In this document: one piece after another, positions 41,770-52,078 of the stretch | Layout: the number at the start of each line of letters is the position of its first letter | Position numbering within the stretch: the first letter of the stretch is position 1 | Origin: Sphagnum compactum | Taxonomy: Eukaryota | Assembly: GCA_965153455.1 (NCBI GenBank) | Contig: OZ234493.1 | Location: 32,540,213-32,604,212, forward strand | DNA: 64,000 bases | Reading direction: 5' to 3' | Notes under the pieces: generated by a model | Told to the model about the DNA's origin: nothing | Databases searched by the model: none | The model's input: the letters and a program-made list of their open reading frames with translations, nothing else | Position numbers and translations under genes: made by a program

Positions 41770-42480
41770 CAAGTCAATCACATAAGTTCATATGGGCATT
41801 CAAAGCAAAATGGAAGATCGGGAATCCATGGTTGATGCAACTATGACCTCAAGGTGATTGGGAAAAAGGATGTGTTACTGGCATTCATGCACATGCCTAA
41901 ATATATGGGCTACAGTAGGGTGCAAATCTATGCACTATTCTTTTGTCAAAGATCCTAAGTTAAGTAATGAACATAGAACATGCATTTTCTAGCATGGGAA
42001 GCTTAACATGGAGTTCAATGGGCAACTTTAATGGCATGTCATGTTGATAACATGATCAACAAGGAACAAACTAAAATTATCGCATGCATGAATTTTTTAA
42101 TATTTTACCATTCAAAATGGCTAATCTATTTTGAGTTAGAAAACACATGTTTTAGTTAAGTAACTACCTCCACCAAATATGCCCATGAATAATGATTAGG
42201 TGGTGCATACACAATAGTGTATGCAACCCTTCAATTTCTTTGGGCCATCTTGGTATTTGAGGGAGAAGCTATTAGTTAGGATTGAAAATGTTTTTCATTG
42301 ATAATAGATGAGCCCACAAAGAAGACATTGGAATGACAATTTGTTATTTATGTATGTAATTTGAATGGAGATGGGATGTTCTTGTTGCATAGTTTGTGAA
42401 GTTATTTACAATTATGGTTGGCATATGTGAGGCCATGTATGTTGTCATTGATGAGGTATTGATAGATATTGATTTGATCG
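41770..42480 (+). mobile_element. Highly decayed hAT-like transposase remnant
   Basis: Around 42255-42360 the sequence translates with one frameshift to YLREKLLVRIEN/FSLIIDEPTKKTLE*QFVIYVC. This resembles the hAT first catalytic motif FSLxxDESTDxxxxQLxIYV. Boundaries approximate. Confidence 0.5.
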
Positions 42481-43537
42481 TTCTTTCTAAGAGTGGAAGA
42501 ATATGTGAATGAGACATATCCTAGCATTGGATTGACTTTTTTTTGCATGTGAGATGATAATTTAATATATTATTTTCTATTATTGACTTGAATTTTTTTT
42601 TAAAATTTATTTTCTCATTAGTAATGAATATTGGTTTATGTGTTTGATGTTTTAAATAATGTGAAAGATTCAATTTTTAAAAAAGGAATTAATGAAATTG
42701 AAAATTGCTAGACATGAAGTGCCCTTTGCAAGATGTGCTTTGTGCTTTGATTTTGTTTGAGAAAATAAATTCAAGTTTAATCTTGCTTTTGTTGGTTCAT
42801 AGTCATTGATTTTTATAAAACTTGTCATTTTTAGATTTTGCCCATCATAAAGACAAAGTTGAAATTGAACCAAACCATGAAAAGATCAATAGACAAAACA
42901 TTGCCCATCAAGAGACAAGTTGAGATTGAATCAACCCATGAAAAGACCAATAGACAAAATATTGCCCATCAAGAAACAAGTGGGACCCTTTGTCAAAAAC
43001 AACATAGGTGGTGACCATGCAAAGAGCCTTAAATACAAAGTTGCAAGGTGAGTATGAGAGCAATAGTTTGAGGTATTTGTCCAATGTGCTTGAGGTTGGG
43101 TGGTGGAACCATGCCTTTGTAATGTTGTGAATTTTCCATGGCTTGAGCAACAACACACATATATATACAATTGGTTTTGAGTTTCACTTTGTGCTTCCAG
43201 TGTGTGCATCTCTTTATCCAACTTTGCTTGACTTGTGTAGGAATCATTTTGTTGGAAAGCTCTTGTTCAGAAAGGGTGTGAGTGAAGAAGCCACATAAAA
43301 CTGGACCCCTATATAGGCCTTTTGTCCAAGGGGAACTGTACTGAACAAAGTTGGACTCCATTTCAACCTTTATTTATTGGTGAAATTTTGCCAAAAGTGG
43401 AACTAAAATTTAAAGCCAAAAAGAAGAAGAAGAAGTGATTTTGGAGGTTTTCAATCACCAAAAGTAAGGCGGGGAAAATTAGTAAAAATCGCTAGATTTC
43501 TATATTTGGTTTTTAGTGTGTAGCCAAAAGTATATAT

Positions 43538-43852
43538 CCTATCCCCTCTTTCAGTGGTATCCGCAAAGTAAAGACATTTTAATAATCCTCAGTATGAAAT
43601 GCTGATACTCAGCATTTATAGTAGTTGTACAGTTAGGAGCAGTGAAAAATATATGTAGCAGCAATGGAGGCGCTCAGGAAAAAGGAAAGGCAGGATGAAA
43701 CTCAGTTTACCACCAGAATTCGATGGTTTTTTTTAGTTTCATCCCGCGTTGAATGCTAATGTACTTTTTGGCAAGTTTGTTTTGAATCGCACGCTGTGTA
43801 TGACCAAACTCAGGGTTCTGGTGCTGTGTTTTTCTTACTTTACGGATAACTG
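43538..43852 (+). mobile_element. MITE-like dispersed repeat (same family as 23665-23880 and 53966-54140)
   Basis: Direct sequence homology to the two other copies; imperfect TIRs. Confidence 0.65.
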
Positions 43853-44101
43853 TATCATATGGTTGTCAGATGTTCAAAGATTGTGTTTTTCTTGCTTCCA
43901 ATCAGCAGTGTTAGTTTTGGCAGGTCTCTTGATTCCTTATGCTACCATCACCCTCTATACTTCTTCTTGTCCCAACCAACAATTATGAATTAAATATTGA
44001 ATCACATTGTTGCCCCATTATCTATAGTAAAGGAACAATGAAGCTTCCCCTGAAGCCGTGCGAATGAAGCTTCCCCTAAATCCGTCCGGCCCTAAATATA
44101 G

Positions 44102-44432
44102 CGAGAGCGTGGCTTTCTCATGTCCGTCATCCGTCCCGTCATCCAACCGGACGGACGGACATGTAGCCACCGACAGTAGCTAAGTATATCGAGGGCGTGG
44201 CTTTCCCATGTCCGTCATCCGTCCCGTCATCCAACCGGACGGACGGACATGTAGCCACCGACAGTAGCTAAGTATACCGAGGGCGTGGCTTTTCCATGTC
44301 CGTCATCCAACCGGACGGACGGACATGTAGCCACCGATAGTAGCTAAGTATACCGAGGGCGTGGCTTTCCCATGTCCGTCATCCGTCCCGTCATCTAACC
44401 GGACGGATGGACATGTAGCCACCGACAGTAGC
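44102..44432 (+). repeat. Subterminal tandem array (4 units, periods 88/88/76 bp), each unit a hairpin
   Basis: Units start at 44102, 44190, 44278, 44354. Internal inverted repeat GTGGCT..CATGTCCGTC / GACGGACATGTAGCCAC. A further partial unit lies at ~48996-49071. Confidence 0.9.
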
Positions 44433-44493
44433 TACGGACTGGACGGACATTTCCTCCGTCCGTCCGACCCGTCCATCCATCCGTCCCGTCATA

Positions 44494-45619
44494 CAGGGAA
44501 GATGTTGAGGAAGCAGAACAAAGGCAGAGAGGCGTTGTGGAAGCAACTGCTTATGAGCTTGAGGAGGTAACATCAAAGCTGTTGGCAACAAAGGAAACTG
44601 AAGAGAGGGCAACAGGGGCCATGACAACTGTAGAGCTTGAAACATTGAAGGCAGAGTTTTCTGCTGTCAAGGAAGCTCAAGAGAAAGCCGGTGAAGCTGT
44701 GGTTGCAGTGAAGAAAGAATTGGAAGAACTCGAAGCGGAGATAGCTGTCACAAAGGAATCTGAGATGAAATTGAAAGGTGCTGTTGGGTTCTACAGATTG
44801 AAATTGCGAGGATCGAGGATAGACCTTGAGGATGCAACAAAAACTGCAGAAAAGGTACTCAGTTCAATCAATTGAGTTCTGTAATATTTGTCATTGTCTT
44901 TTTGAGGCTGATGTTAATTGTTATGCTGCTGATTTTGTAACAAAACCCAAAGAGGACAAGAGATTAAAAACTGATTTTCAAGTGTTGGAAGGCAAGGTCA
45001 TATGCAATGTAGTTAGAGGAGTCAAATGCAAAAGTGAAGAAGGCAATAGAGCAGGAGCAAAGGATGTCTGTATCTCTGGCATCCCTGAAGGCAGAGCTGA
45101 AAAACACCATGACAGAGCTTGCAGCTGTGAAGGAGGAGTATGAGGTGACTGTTGCTGATGTTACTGCAGAGATGGAGTTGGAGTTCTCCAAAGCTAAGTC
45201 TCTTTTAGAAGCTGGCATACAGGCAGAGAGCAAAGCAAAGGAGTCCATATCTGGCTTAAATGATGCCTTGCATCAGGTCAGTTGAGAGGCTTTTTCCTTC
45301 TCTAAGGTCTGATGCCAGTGATGGGGTAAGAGGCTGTTCACTTTTACATATTCAAACAGGTACAGCAGTACCCAAGTCTTCAGGTATAAATAGCCGATCT
45401 GAGAATAGAAGATGGGGTGGGGGGGGTGTGTGATGACAGGTGACAATGGAAGCAGATGAGGAGAAGGCAGTGGCATTGAAGGGAAGAAAAGAAGCAGCTG
45501 CAGCGAAACATGAATTGGAGGAAGTCCAGGCACACACAGCTATGTTACAAAGTCAACTGAAAGCAGCTCTCATGGAAGTGGAGGCAGTTAAAGCATCTGA
45601 AGCTCAGGTAATCTCACAG
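44494..45619 (+). pseudogene. Captured fragment of a WEB family (WEB1/PMI2, DUF827) coiled-coil gene, three exons with introns
   Basis: Exon pieces ~44494-44854, 45013-45276, 45440-45619 with GT-AG introns. LEESNAKVKKA..SLKAEL and LNDALHQVTMEADEEKA...MLQSQLKAALMEVEAVKASEAQVISQ match the WEB C-terminal LQQAAxEADEAK...RLxAAxKEIEAAKASE pattern. No start or stop exon. Confidence 0.75.
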
Positions 45620-46412
45620 GTAAACTTCTGTTCTGCACACTACTGTTATCCTTTTTCTTCAGCAATAGGGAGTCAAAAGTTGACACTGATTATGAGCTTT
45701 GTTTGGGACACATTTTCAGGCCAAATTCCCAACAGAAATTTCACGATTTTGCCTTGCCCTGACTCCGGACAGACAGTAGCTACTATTAGCGAGGACGTCA
45801 AGTCGAAGGGTGGGACACGTGTCGCCGTGCACGCGGGTGCGGGATGGCCTCTCAACCGCCTTCGCGAGCTCCCGCACATCACATCTCATTAGCAGTTGAT
45901 CTTAGGCTTTCTAATCTCCAACGAAGTGATTATGCGATGCGATGTGATGTGATGCGATCGATCTGCCATGTCGCAGTGCGGATGAGAATCAAGGAACCCA
46001 ATGATCTGCCTGCCTGCCTGTTGTCTGCCGGCCAAGAATTTTTTTAAAAAAATTTCAGGCCACCTTCTCCCATCCCTCCTTGACGGACGGATTTCACGCT
46101 CTCGCATCCACACGGCCGCTCTCCGTCATTTTCTGTTTTTCGGAATTTGGTCTACGTTCGATCCGTCCGCGCTGCCTTCTGAAGTGAAGCAAAGCGCGGA
46201 GAAGGGGGTTGGGGTCTCGCCGCCCTGCTGCTGCTGATGTTATTATTCAATTAATATAATCATCAAGGACCTGGGGTGATATTTGATGGCTGTGTGCTAT
46301 GTCACAATTGTATTTGGACGCATGCACAAGTCAGAGATTGGCACATCTTCCTGACCCAAAGTTGTGTGCATGCTTGAAACTGATTAGCAGGTGTGTGGTT
46401 TTGATGATGCAA

Positions 46413-46514
46413 ACATGGCATAAGATGTTCACCATTAATGCAGGTCCAGGCTTTAGAATGTTGTGGAGCACCATCAAAGGTTTCTTGGATCCAGTTTCAA
46501 TTTAAAAGATTAGT
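46413..46514 (+). pseudogene. Captured single exon of a SEC14/SFH phosphatidylinositol transfer (CRAL-TRIO) gene
   Basis: [33 protein letters not shown] matches the SFH motif TLxRMFIINAGxGFRMLWxTVKSFLDPKTxxKIH. Ends at a GTATGT donor; the acceptor reads TGCAA (AG lost); in-frame TAA. Confidence 0.85.
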
Positions 46515-46759
46515 GTATGTATGAGTACAGCAGTTGCAAAATTTTCTGGCCAGGTAAAATCTTCTACTTTCCTTAATGCAAATTTTGTTTTTTTATTATT
46601 AGTACCTCTGCAATGTACTATGTGGATAGTTAGGCACTGTCTGGTGCAAAGCATCTCAAGGCTGGAATCCAACTGTTTTGAGCAAGTTTCATCTCATAAG
46701 TCTACATTGCTGCCTTTGAAGAACCATATGAAGAGGTCCTAGAGTCTGGCATTTTATTT

Positions 46760-47104
46760 AACCTCCATAAGATCTAAGAAGTGGACAATCATTTCAATGC
46801 TGATCTCTGAAAGAACACCCATAAGCAGCATGGTGAGGAGGCCGATCGGCACACCCAAAATGCGCATGGTGGCCGGAAGTGCCATAATCCCTGCCCCAAT
46901 GACAGTGGTTGCCAGATTGAACACTGAACTTCCAACACTGGCGCCTGTAGTATCCGGCAGTTGTTCAAGCCTCTCCTGTTTAACCAGTCTCTCTTCATCA
47001 TCTGTGCCTGTTAAATGAGGGCTTTGATGGAGCAGAGGAAGCTCATCAATTGGCACTTTGTGCATATTTTCAGAAATTTCAATCAAAAAGACACCTGCTG
47101 CCAT
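46760..47104 (-). pseudogene. Captured 5' fragment of an AVT6-like amino-acid transporter (Aa_trans) gene
   Basis: GASVGSSVFNLATTVIGAGIMALPATMRILGVPIG...GVLSEISIEMI is the AVT6/SNAT-like TM1-TM2 motif. Truncated after ~115 codons at the 39-bp repeat. Confidence 0.88.
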
Positions 47105-47293
47105 GAGATTTCTTTGTCAGATTACTGCATCTGTCAGAAAGTAGGCTATGCAATTATCCTCATCCAGAACCAGCAGATTCACTCACAAAGAAATGGAACC
47201 ATATGAAGAGGTCCTAGAGTCTGGCATTTTATTTGGGCATTGAGTCTAAAATAATGGTGCCTGGAACTGATTTGGGAGGGATGGCAGGTGTAG

Positions 47294-47503
47294 GAACTTG
47301 GTGGCATTGGAGCACCAACATTTCAAGTTCTTGATCCTGAAGGCAAATCTGTTGCCATTTTATGGGGCCAAGATCGGCTGAACATTGTTGCTGATCTTCT
47401 TTGTGGCTGGCGCCCTAGGCTCGGTTGCAGATCACTGGGTCCACATGCTTTCACAACTTCTAAACTCTTCTCTAAGTCAAAACTTGAAAAGGCATGGGTG
47501 TAG
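47294..47503 (+). pseudogene. Captured 3' fragment of a DsbA-like / 2-hydroxychromene-2-carboxylate isomerase / GST-kappa family gene
   Basis: Not in the ORF track (no start codon). ELGGIGAPTFQVLDPEGKSVAILWGQDRLNIVADLLCGW...* matches the family C-terminal GxFGxPTFxV...FWGQDRL motif. Confidence 0.7.
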
Positions 47504-48550
47504 CAAAAGAGTAGGCGCGCTCTTGAAGGGAATGGAGCAGCAGTTGTGGTTTGGTGGATCTCACAGCCAGCCAGGTGAAGAGAGATGGAAGGAGTGGTGG
47601 TGGCTGTGCTTCTTCTTCTTCTCTCGGATCCGAGTGCTTGGAGAAATCCAGGTTGATCCTGTTGTGTTTTTGCAGATACCCATCTCTTGCAATCCACGGA
47701 TCCCATCGCCACACCTGGATTTCGGATCAACCACACCTCAAGCAAGTGTATGACACTGCAATCAACCAGAAGAAGGAGCTTGCAGCATACAAGATCCAAC
47801 ATGCTGAGGAAGGTCAAAACGTGAAAACAACTGAACTTGCAGAACAGGATGAGACAAACAGAATCCCTGCATCTGAGTCAGTGGAGCAATTGGGGTAAGA
47901 GTGAAAATACATTCACATATTGATCAATCACATATCAGTCCATTTCTTTCTCAATGTATCTTGGACCTATAGAAGCAAACGAGCTGTTTTAGTGGTAGAG
48001 CAAAGCTGTAACTCTGTGCAAAAAGGAAGGGAACCACATTAAGTGTCTACTGGATCCCGATTTATCTGTATTTGTTCATCAAGTCTATAATGTTAAAGTA
48101 TGATTGTTGCATTGCATTGGGGTTGTGCATGCTTTGCATTGTTACTTTATGACTCTGAGGGCTGCCCAACTTTTGTGATTCAGAAGTGATTCAAATCAGA
48201 TGACATGACATACCTTACACATCTAAGGTGAAAGTGAAGATTGTAGTGTTTCCATTTCTGGGGGAAAAGAGAGAGAACAAACTGTAGAATTTTGAAGCAT
48301 GAATTTGAGAAGTTGCATCTCACAACATTGAAAGACTATATACTTGAGAGAATATTTTCTGCAATCACTGCACAGGATTAACCCTTGCAAAGCAAACTAC
48401 TGGAGAAACGCAAACCCATTTCTACATTCAAATCTTCAAATACAAATTCCAGGAGCTCATGAATCTGCACCACTAATCCAAGAAGCTCTTAGTCAGATCA
48501 TTGGTCCGAACATGCCCATCTGCCAAGTTGTAACATCTGAAATCCATAAC

Positions 48551-48661
48551 CTAAACAGGCAGCCATGAAAACAGTAAGAATGCCCTCAGAGTTCAGAAAG
48601 GCAAGATTTAGTGAACTCGCAAGTATGAATAAATTTTCTGCCAGATTGAAAGACACCAAGC
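48551..48661 (-). pseudogene. Possible captured exon of an unidentified (hydrophobic) protein
   Basis: 111-nt open segment between CTTCTTTTAG| and |GTTATG: (G)LVSFNLAENLFILASSLNLAFLNSEGILTVFMAACL(G). Family not recognised. Confidence 0.3.
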
Positions 48662-49436
48662 CTAAAAGAAGCCTCTCCTGCTACCCAACACAAGATAGTG
48701 GTGGCTTGAACTCTCTGAACACAATTATTTGGTTTTGTAAAATTTCATACCCTGTTACACATTCCAAAAGTGGCGGTTCTTGCCCCCTAATCGCCTGACT
48801 TTACCAATAACCTGTGGTTGATTTCAATTTTGTGAGGTAAGTGGACTTGCGAGTCATCCACAAGAGGACTTTAGCCACATTTGGTTACAGGTCAGAGAGA
48901 AAAGTATAAAACTTTTGGAACCCCTTCTAAGCACTCGGCTAACCATACACACACCTGTGCATTATGCACGGGGCTCAAACACGTCGGCCCTAAATCATCC
49001 GTCTCGTCATTTCCCGTCATCGAATCAGACGGACGGACATGTAGCCACGGACAATAGCTAAGTATACCGAGGACGTCAAGTCAAAGGGTGAGACACGTGT
49101 CCGCGTGCACGCGGGTGCGAGATGGCCTCTCAACCGCCATCCCATCAGCCGTCTATTTAAGCCGGACAAGGATGGATGTCTATTTAAGCCGGATGGGGTG
49201 GGTTAGGACCGGCAAAGACCTAGCAGTTTTAGGTGCATGTTTGATTTATTTTAAACACACACCTGTGCATTAGGCACGGGGCACAAACTTGCCCGGCCCC
49301 AAGGGGGGGCACCCCCAAGATTTACTATACAGAGGACGAGATGTTTTTCTTTTCATTTTCTTTTTCGTTCTCTGTTTTCGGTGTTTCTTTTTGTTTATAA
49401 TAATAATAATAATAATATAAAAAAATGAAAATTTAT

Positions 49437-49473
<37 letters not shown>

Positions 49474-49519
49474 CGTCAAATACACACACCTATGCATTAT
49501 GCACGGGGCTCAAACTAGT

Positions 49520-49698
49520 TCTATATAGTAAAGGACGTCGGGATGAAATGAAGCTTTCCGTTGGGATGAAATGAAGCTTTCCTTCGAGATGAAATGAAGC
49601 TTTCCATCCATCCATCCATCCGTCATCCATCCCATCATTCATCCAAACAGAGCAAATTCTATATAGTAAAGGGCGTCGTGGTCGTTTGTTAGGACTAG
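49520..49698 (+). mobile_element. Short Helitron 5'-terminus-derived pieces abutting the large element
   Basis: TCTATATAGTAAAGG at 49520 and 49658; 3x GATGAAATGAAGCTTTCC, similar to ATGAAGCTTCCCC at 44038-44076; ends CTAG|T at 49695-49699. Confidence 0.6.
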
Positions 49699-50254
49699 TA
49701 TACTCTAAGGTAAATAGTATTGAACTTTTTTGCCAAAACTTTTTTAAAAAGGGCACATATTCTTTGATAGAATTCAACTTAGGCATTGTGGTGAGCCACA
49801 AAGGAAATAAAAGTAGTCCAATGAAGTAGCTTTATAGGTAATAGGTTTGAAAATGCATTTGCATATATTTGTCACGTTTCAATTGGCTATGCTAGTGAGG
49901 AAACATGGTAGATGAAAATATTACACCTTCGCCATACATGTGTAATATCCGGTCATTGTGAGTTTTGTTTAGGTCCATTCCACACAACAATAGTTCAAGA
50001 GCTTTTTAAAAACTTTGAACTTGATGAATAGTCAACATGAGATCATGCACTTGTGACTAATAAGGTCACATTTTTTATTTTTAAAAAAAAATTAAACTCT
50101 AGATTATCTAGGTCAAGATTTTTAAAAACCTAGGTTAATTGGTAATCAGTGTGTTGGTGTGACAACAAAATTGATAACAGATGAGTCTAAAGATTTTTGG
50201 ATTTTTTTTTTTAAACTTTTTTTTTGGGTTAGTCATATCTTATGTGGTAATAAC

Positions 50255-51137
50255 TAGTGTTGGGCGAATGTCAAATTTTTGGGATATCCGTCAAATAAGG
50301 ATATCCATTTTTCTTTTATTTGCTGGATAAGGATATTGTATTTTTTATTTTAAAAAATTTTAGACCCGAATATCAGTGTTTCTGGATATCTATCATTTAC
50401 TTATTAGTCAGATATTAGTAGATTTGAATATCAATTTTTTTAAATAAAAAATCTACCAATTATGTTGGGTGCCAAATTATTTTTTGGGGCGAAAAATCTT
50501 CCAAAGACAACATCTTTTTTTAAAAAGGGAATCTTTTGTTATAAACGTTTTTTTTCTTAAAATTTTTTGCAAAAAAATCATTAATTAATTTAAAAAGAAA
50601 ATATAGCTTCAATAATAACTATTATTGACTACAACTTTGAAGAGACCTCTGAAGATGTGTTTCTAGAATAGTCTAAAATTGTTTTAAGGATTTTCACCAC
50701 CCTAGCTGCATCAAGAAAATGAAAAATAAAATAAAATAAATAGACAGATATTACTAACCTTAATATTTAGCCGTGGATGTGATATTTAGGTCAAATTTCA
50801 ACATTTCAAAATCTGGCATAGTCTTTTGAATATCAAAAATATTGGATATCATGATGGGTAATATTCAACACCCCATATATTTAGATACTCCTAACTTTGA
50901 TATGTAGCCTTGGATATGATATTTAGGTCAAATATCAACATCTTTATATCTTGCATAACTTTCAAATATCAAACATATCGAATATCATGTCATGATCGAT
51001 GATGATGATGATGATGATGATATTCGACACTCCAGATATCAGACTGAATCTCCATTCATATTCATCAAATGTCATTTTTGATATTCCAAGTCCTATGAAT
51101 ATCCAAAATTAAAAATCCAGATGTCTGCCCAACACTG
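50255..51137. mobile_element. hAT-like MITE / non-autonomous TIR element
   Basis: TIRs TAGTGTTGGGC / GCCCAACACTG; near-identical flanks TAATAAC / TAGTAAC; many internal GATATC motifs. Confidence 0.6.
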
Positions 51138-51871
51138 TAGTAACACCAGTGTGTACATACCACCTCCCCACCCCTCCCCTTTAGTCAGACAAGAAAACAA
51201 ATTCTAGTGTTGAAAAGACAAACTTTCACTTTGCAATGTTCTAGCAAATTTTACAAGGACACGAGTCAAAAGAACCATTACTTTTCCCCGAAAACTATTA
51301 CTAGGTTAAACCTAATCCATTGTTGCCAGAGTTTGAAGAAAGAGGGGTTGGTGAAACAACTTCTTGGCCTTACCCATTTGGACTTGGGACCCACAATGAA
51401 GAAGACTAAGTTACCCACAAAAAACTTGTACATAGCATCATCATCAACTTTGTGGTTCAGGTTTCCATGAGGGTGGGGATGTTTGGAGTTTTTGGACATT
51501 TCCTTAGGTTTTCCCATCTCGCTAATGTGCACATGTTTTGCATCTTGTTGTTGTTGTTGTTGTTGTCCGACATCAAAACTATAATGACTTTTCTTTTGGC
51601 TCAATCTTTTGAAAACCATATACGATTTAGTTCTTCTATCTTGAGGTATAGACTTGTTCTTTTGGGTGGAGCTTCTATATGTGGTCCCCCCCTTATTCAT
51701 TGCCCTAAACCCTAATCGGTGCTGGACAGAGCTCTCGTTAGGGGGTGTTTAGCGTCCCTCTTGTTCATTGGCTGACTGACCACAAGAGATATAATAGTCA
51801 GTGCACACAACTTTGACGTGTGTCTTATGTACTCGTGTGCAGACAACCAACACAATGAACCTATTTGTTAA

Positions 51872-52078
51872 GTTCCAAGGTGGCAGATTACGTCATTTTC
51901 TTGATCACATTATATGACATAATCTTCCCATGATGATCATACTCTCATAATAGTGAACAAAAATGTCGTATGGAACATGAAGTTTTTCACATATCATGGA
52001 AATAATGATAATAAAAAAAAATTGTGTGTGAAGAAAAAAAAATTTCATAAAAAATTGTGGAATCTGCCACCCCGGACC
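51872..52078. mobile_element. Tourist-like MITE
   Basis: TIRs GTTCCAAGGTGGCAGATT / AATCTGCCACCCCGGACC; TAA/TTA flanks. Confidence 0.55.

Larger units (their letters stand above)
44021..49518 (+). mobile_element. Non-autonomous Helitron-like element carrying multiple captured host gene fragments
   Basis: 5' end A|TCTATAGTAAAGG at 44021. 3' end CCTATGCA-TTA-TGCACGGGG hairpin, then CTCAAA-CTAG|T (CTAG 49515-49518). No TIR/TSD and no RepHel coding remnant seen. Internal repeats and unrelated gene fragments in both orientations. Confidence 0.8.

Noticed and set aside
44102-44432. CRISPR-like array
   Set aside because: Whole units are repeated with no unique spacers, there are no cas genes, and the context is eukaryotic.
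44494-47898. A single intact multi-exon gene or functional gene cluster
   Set aside because: The pieces come from unrelated families in mixed orientation, are truncated, and include a lost splice acceptor and an in-frame stop.
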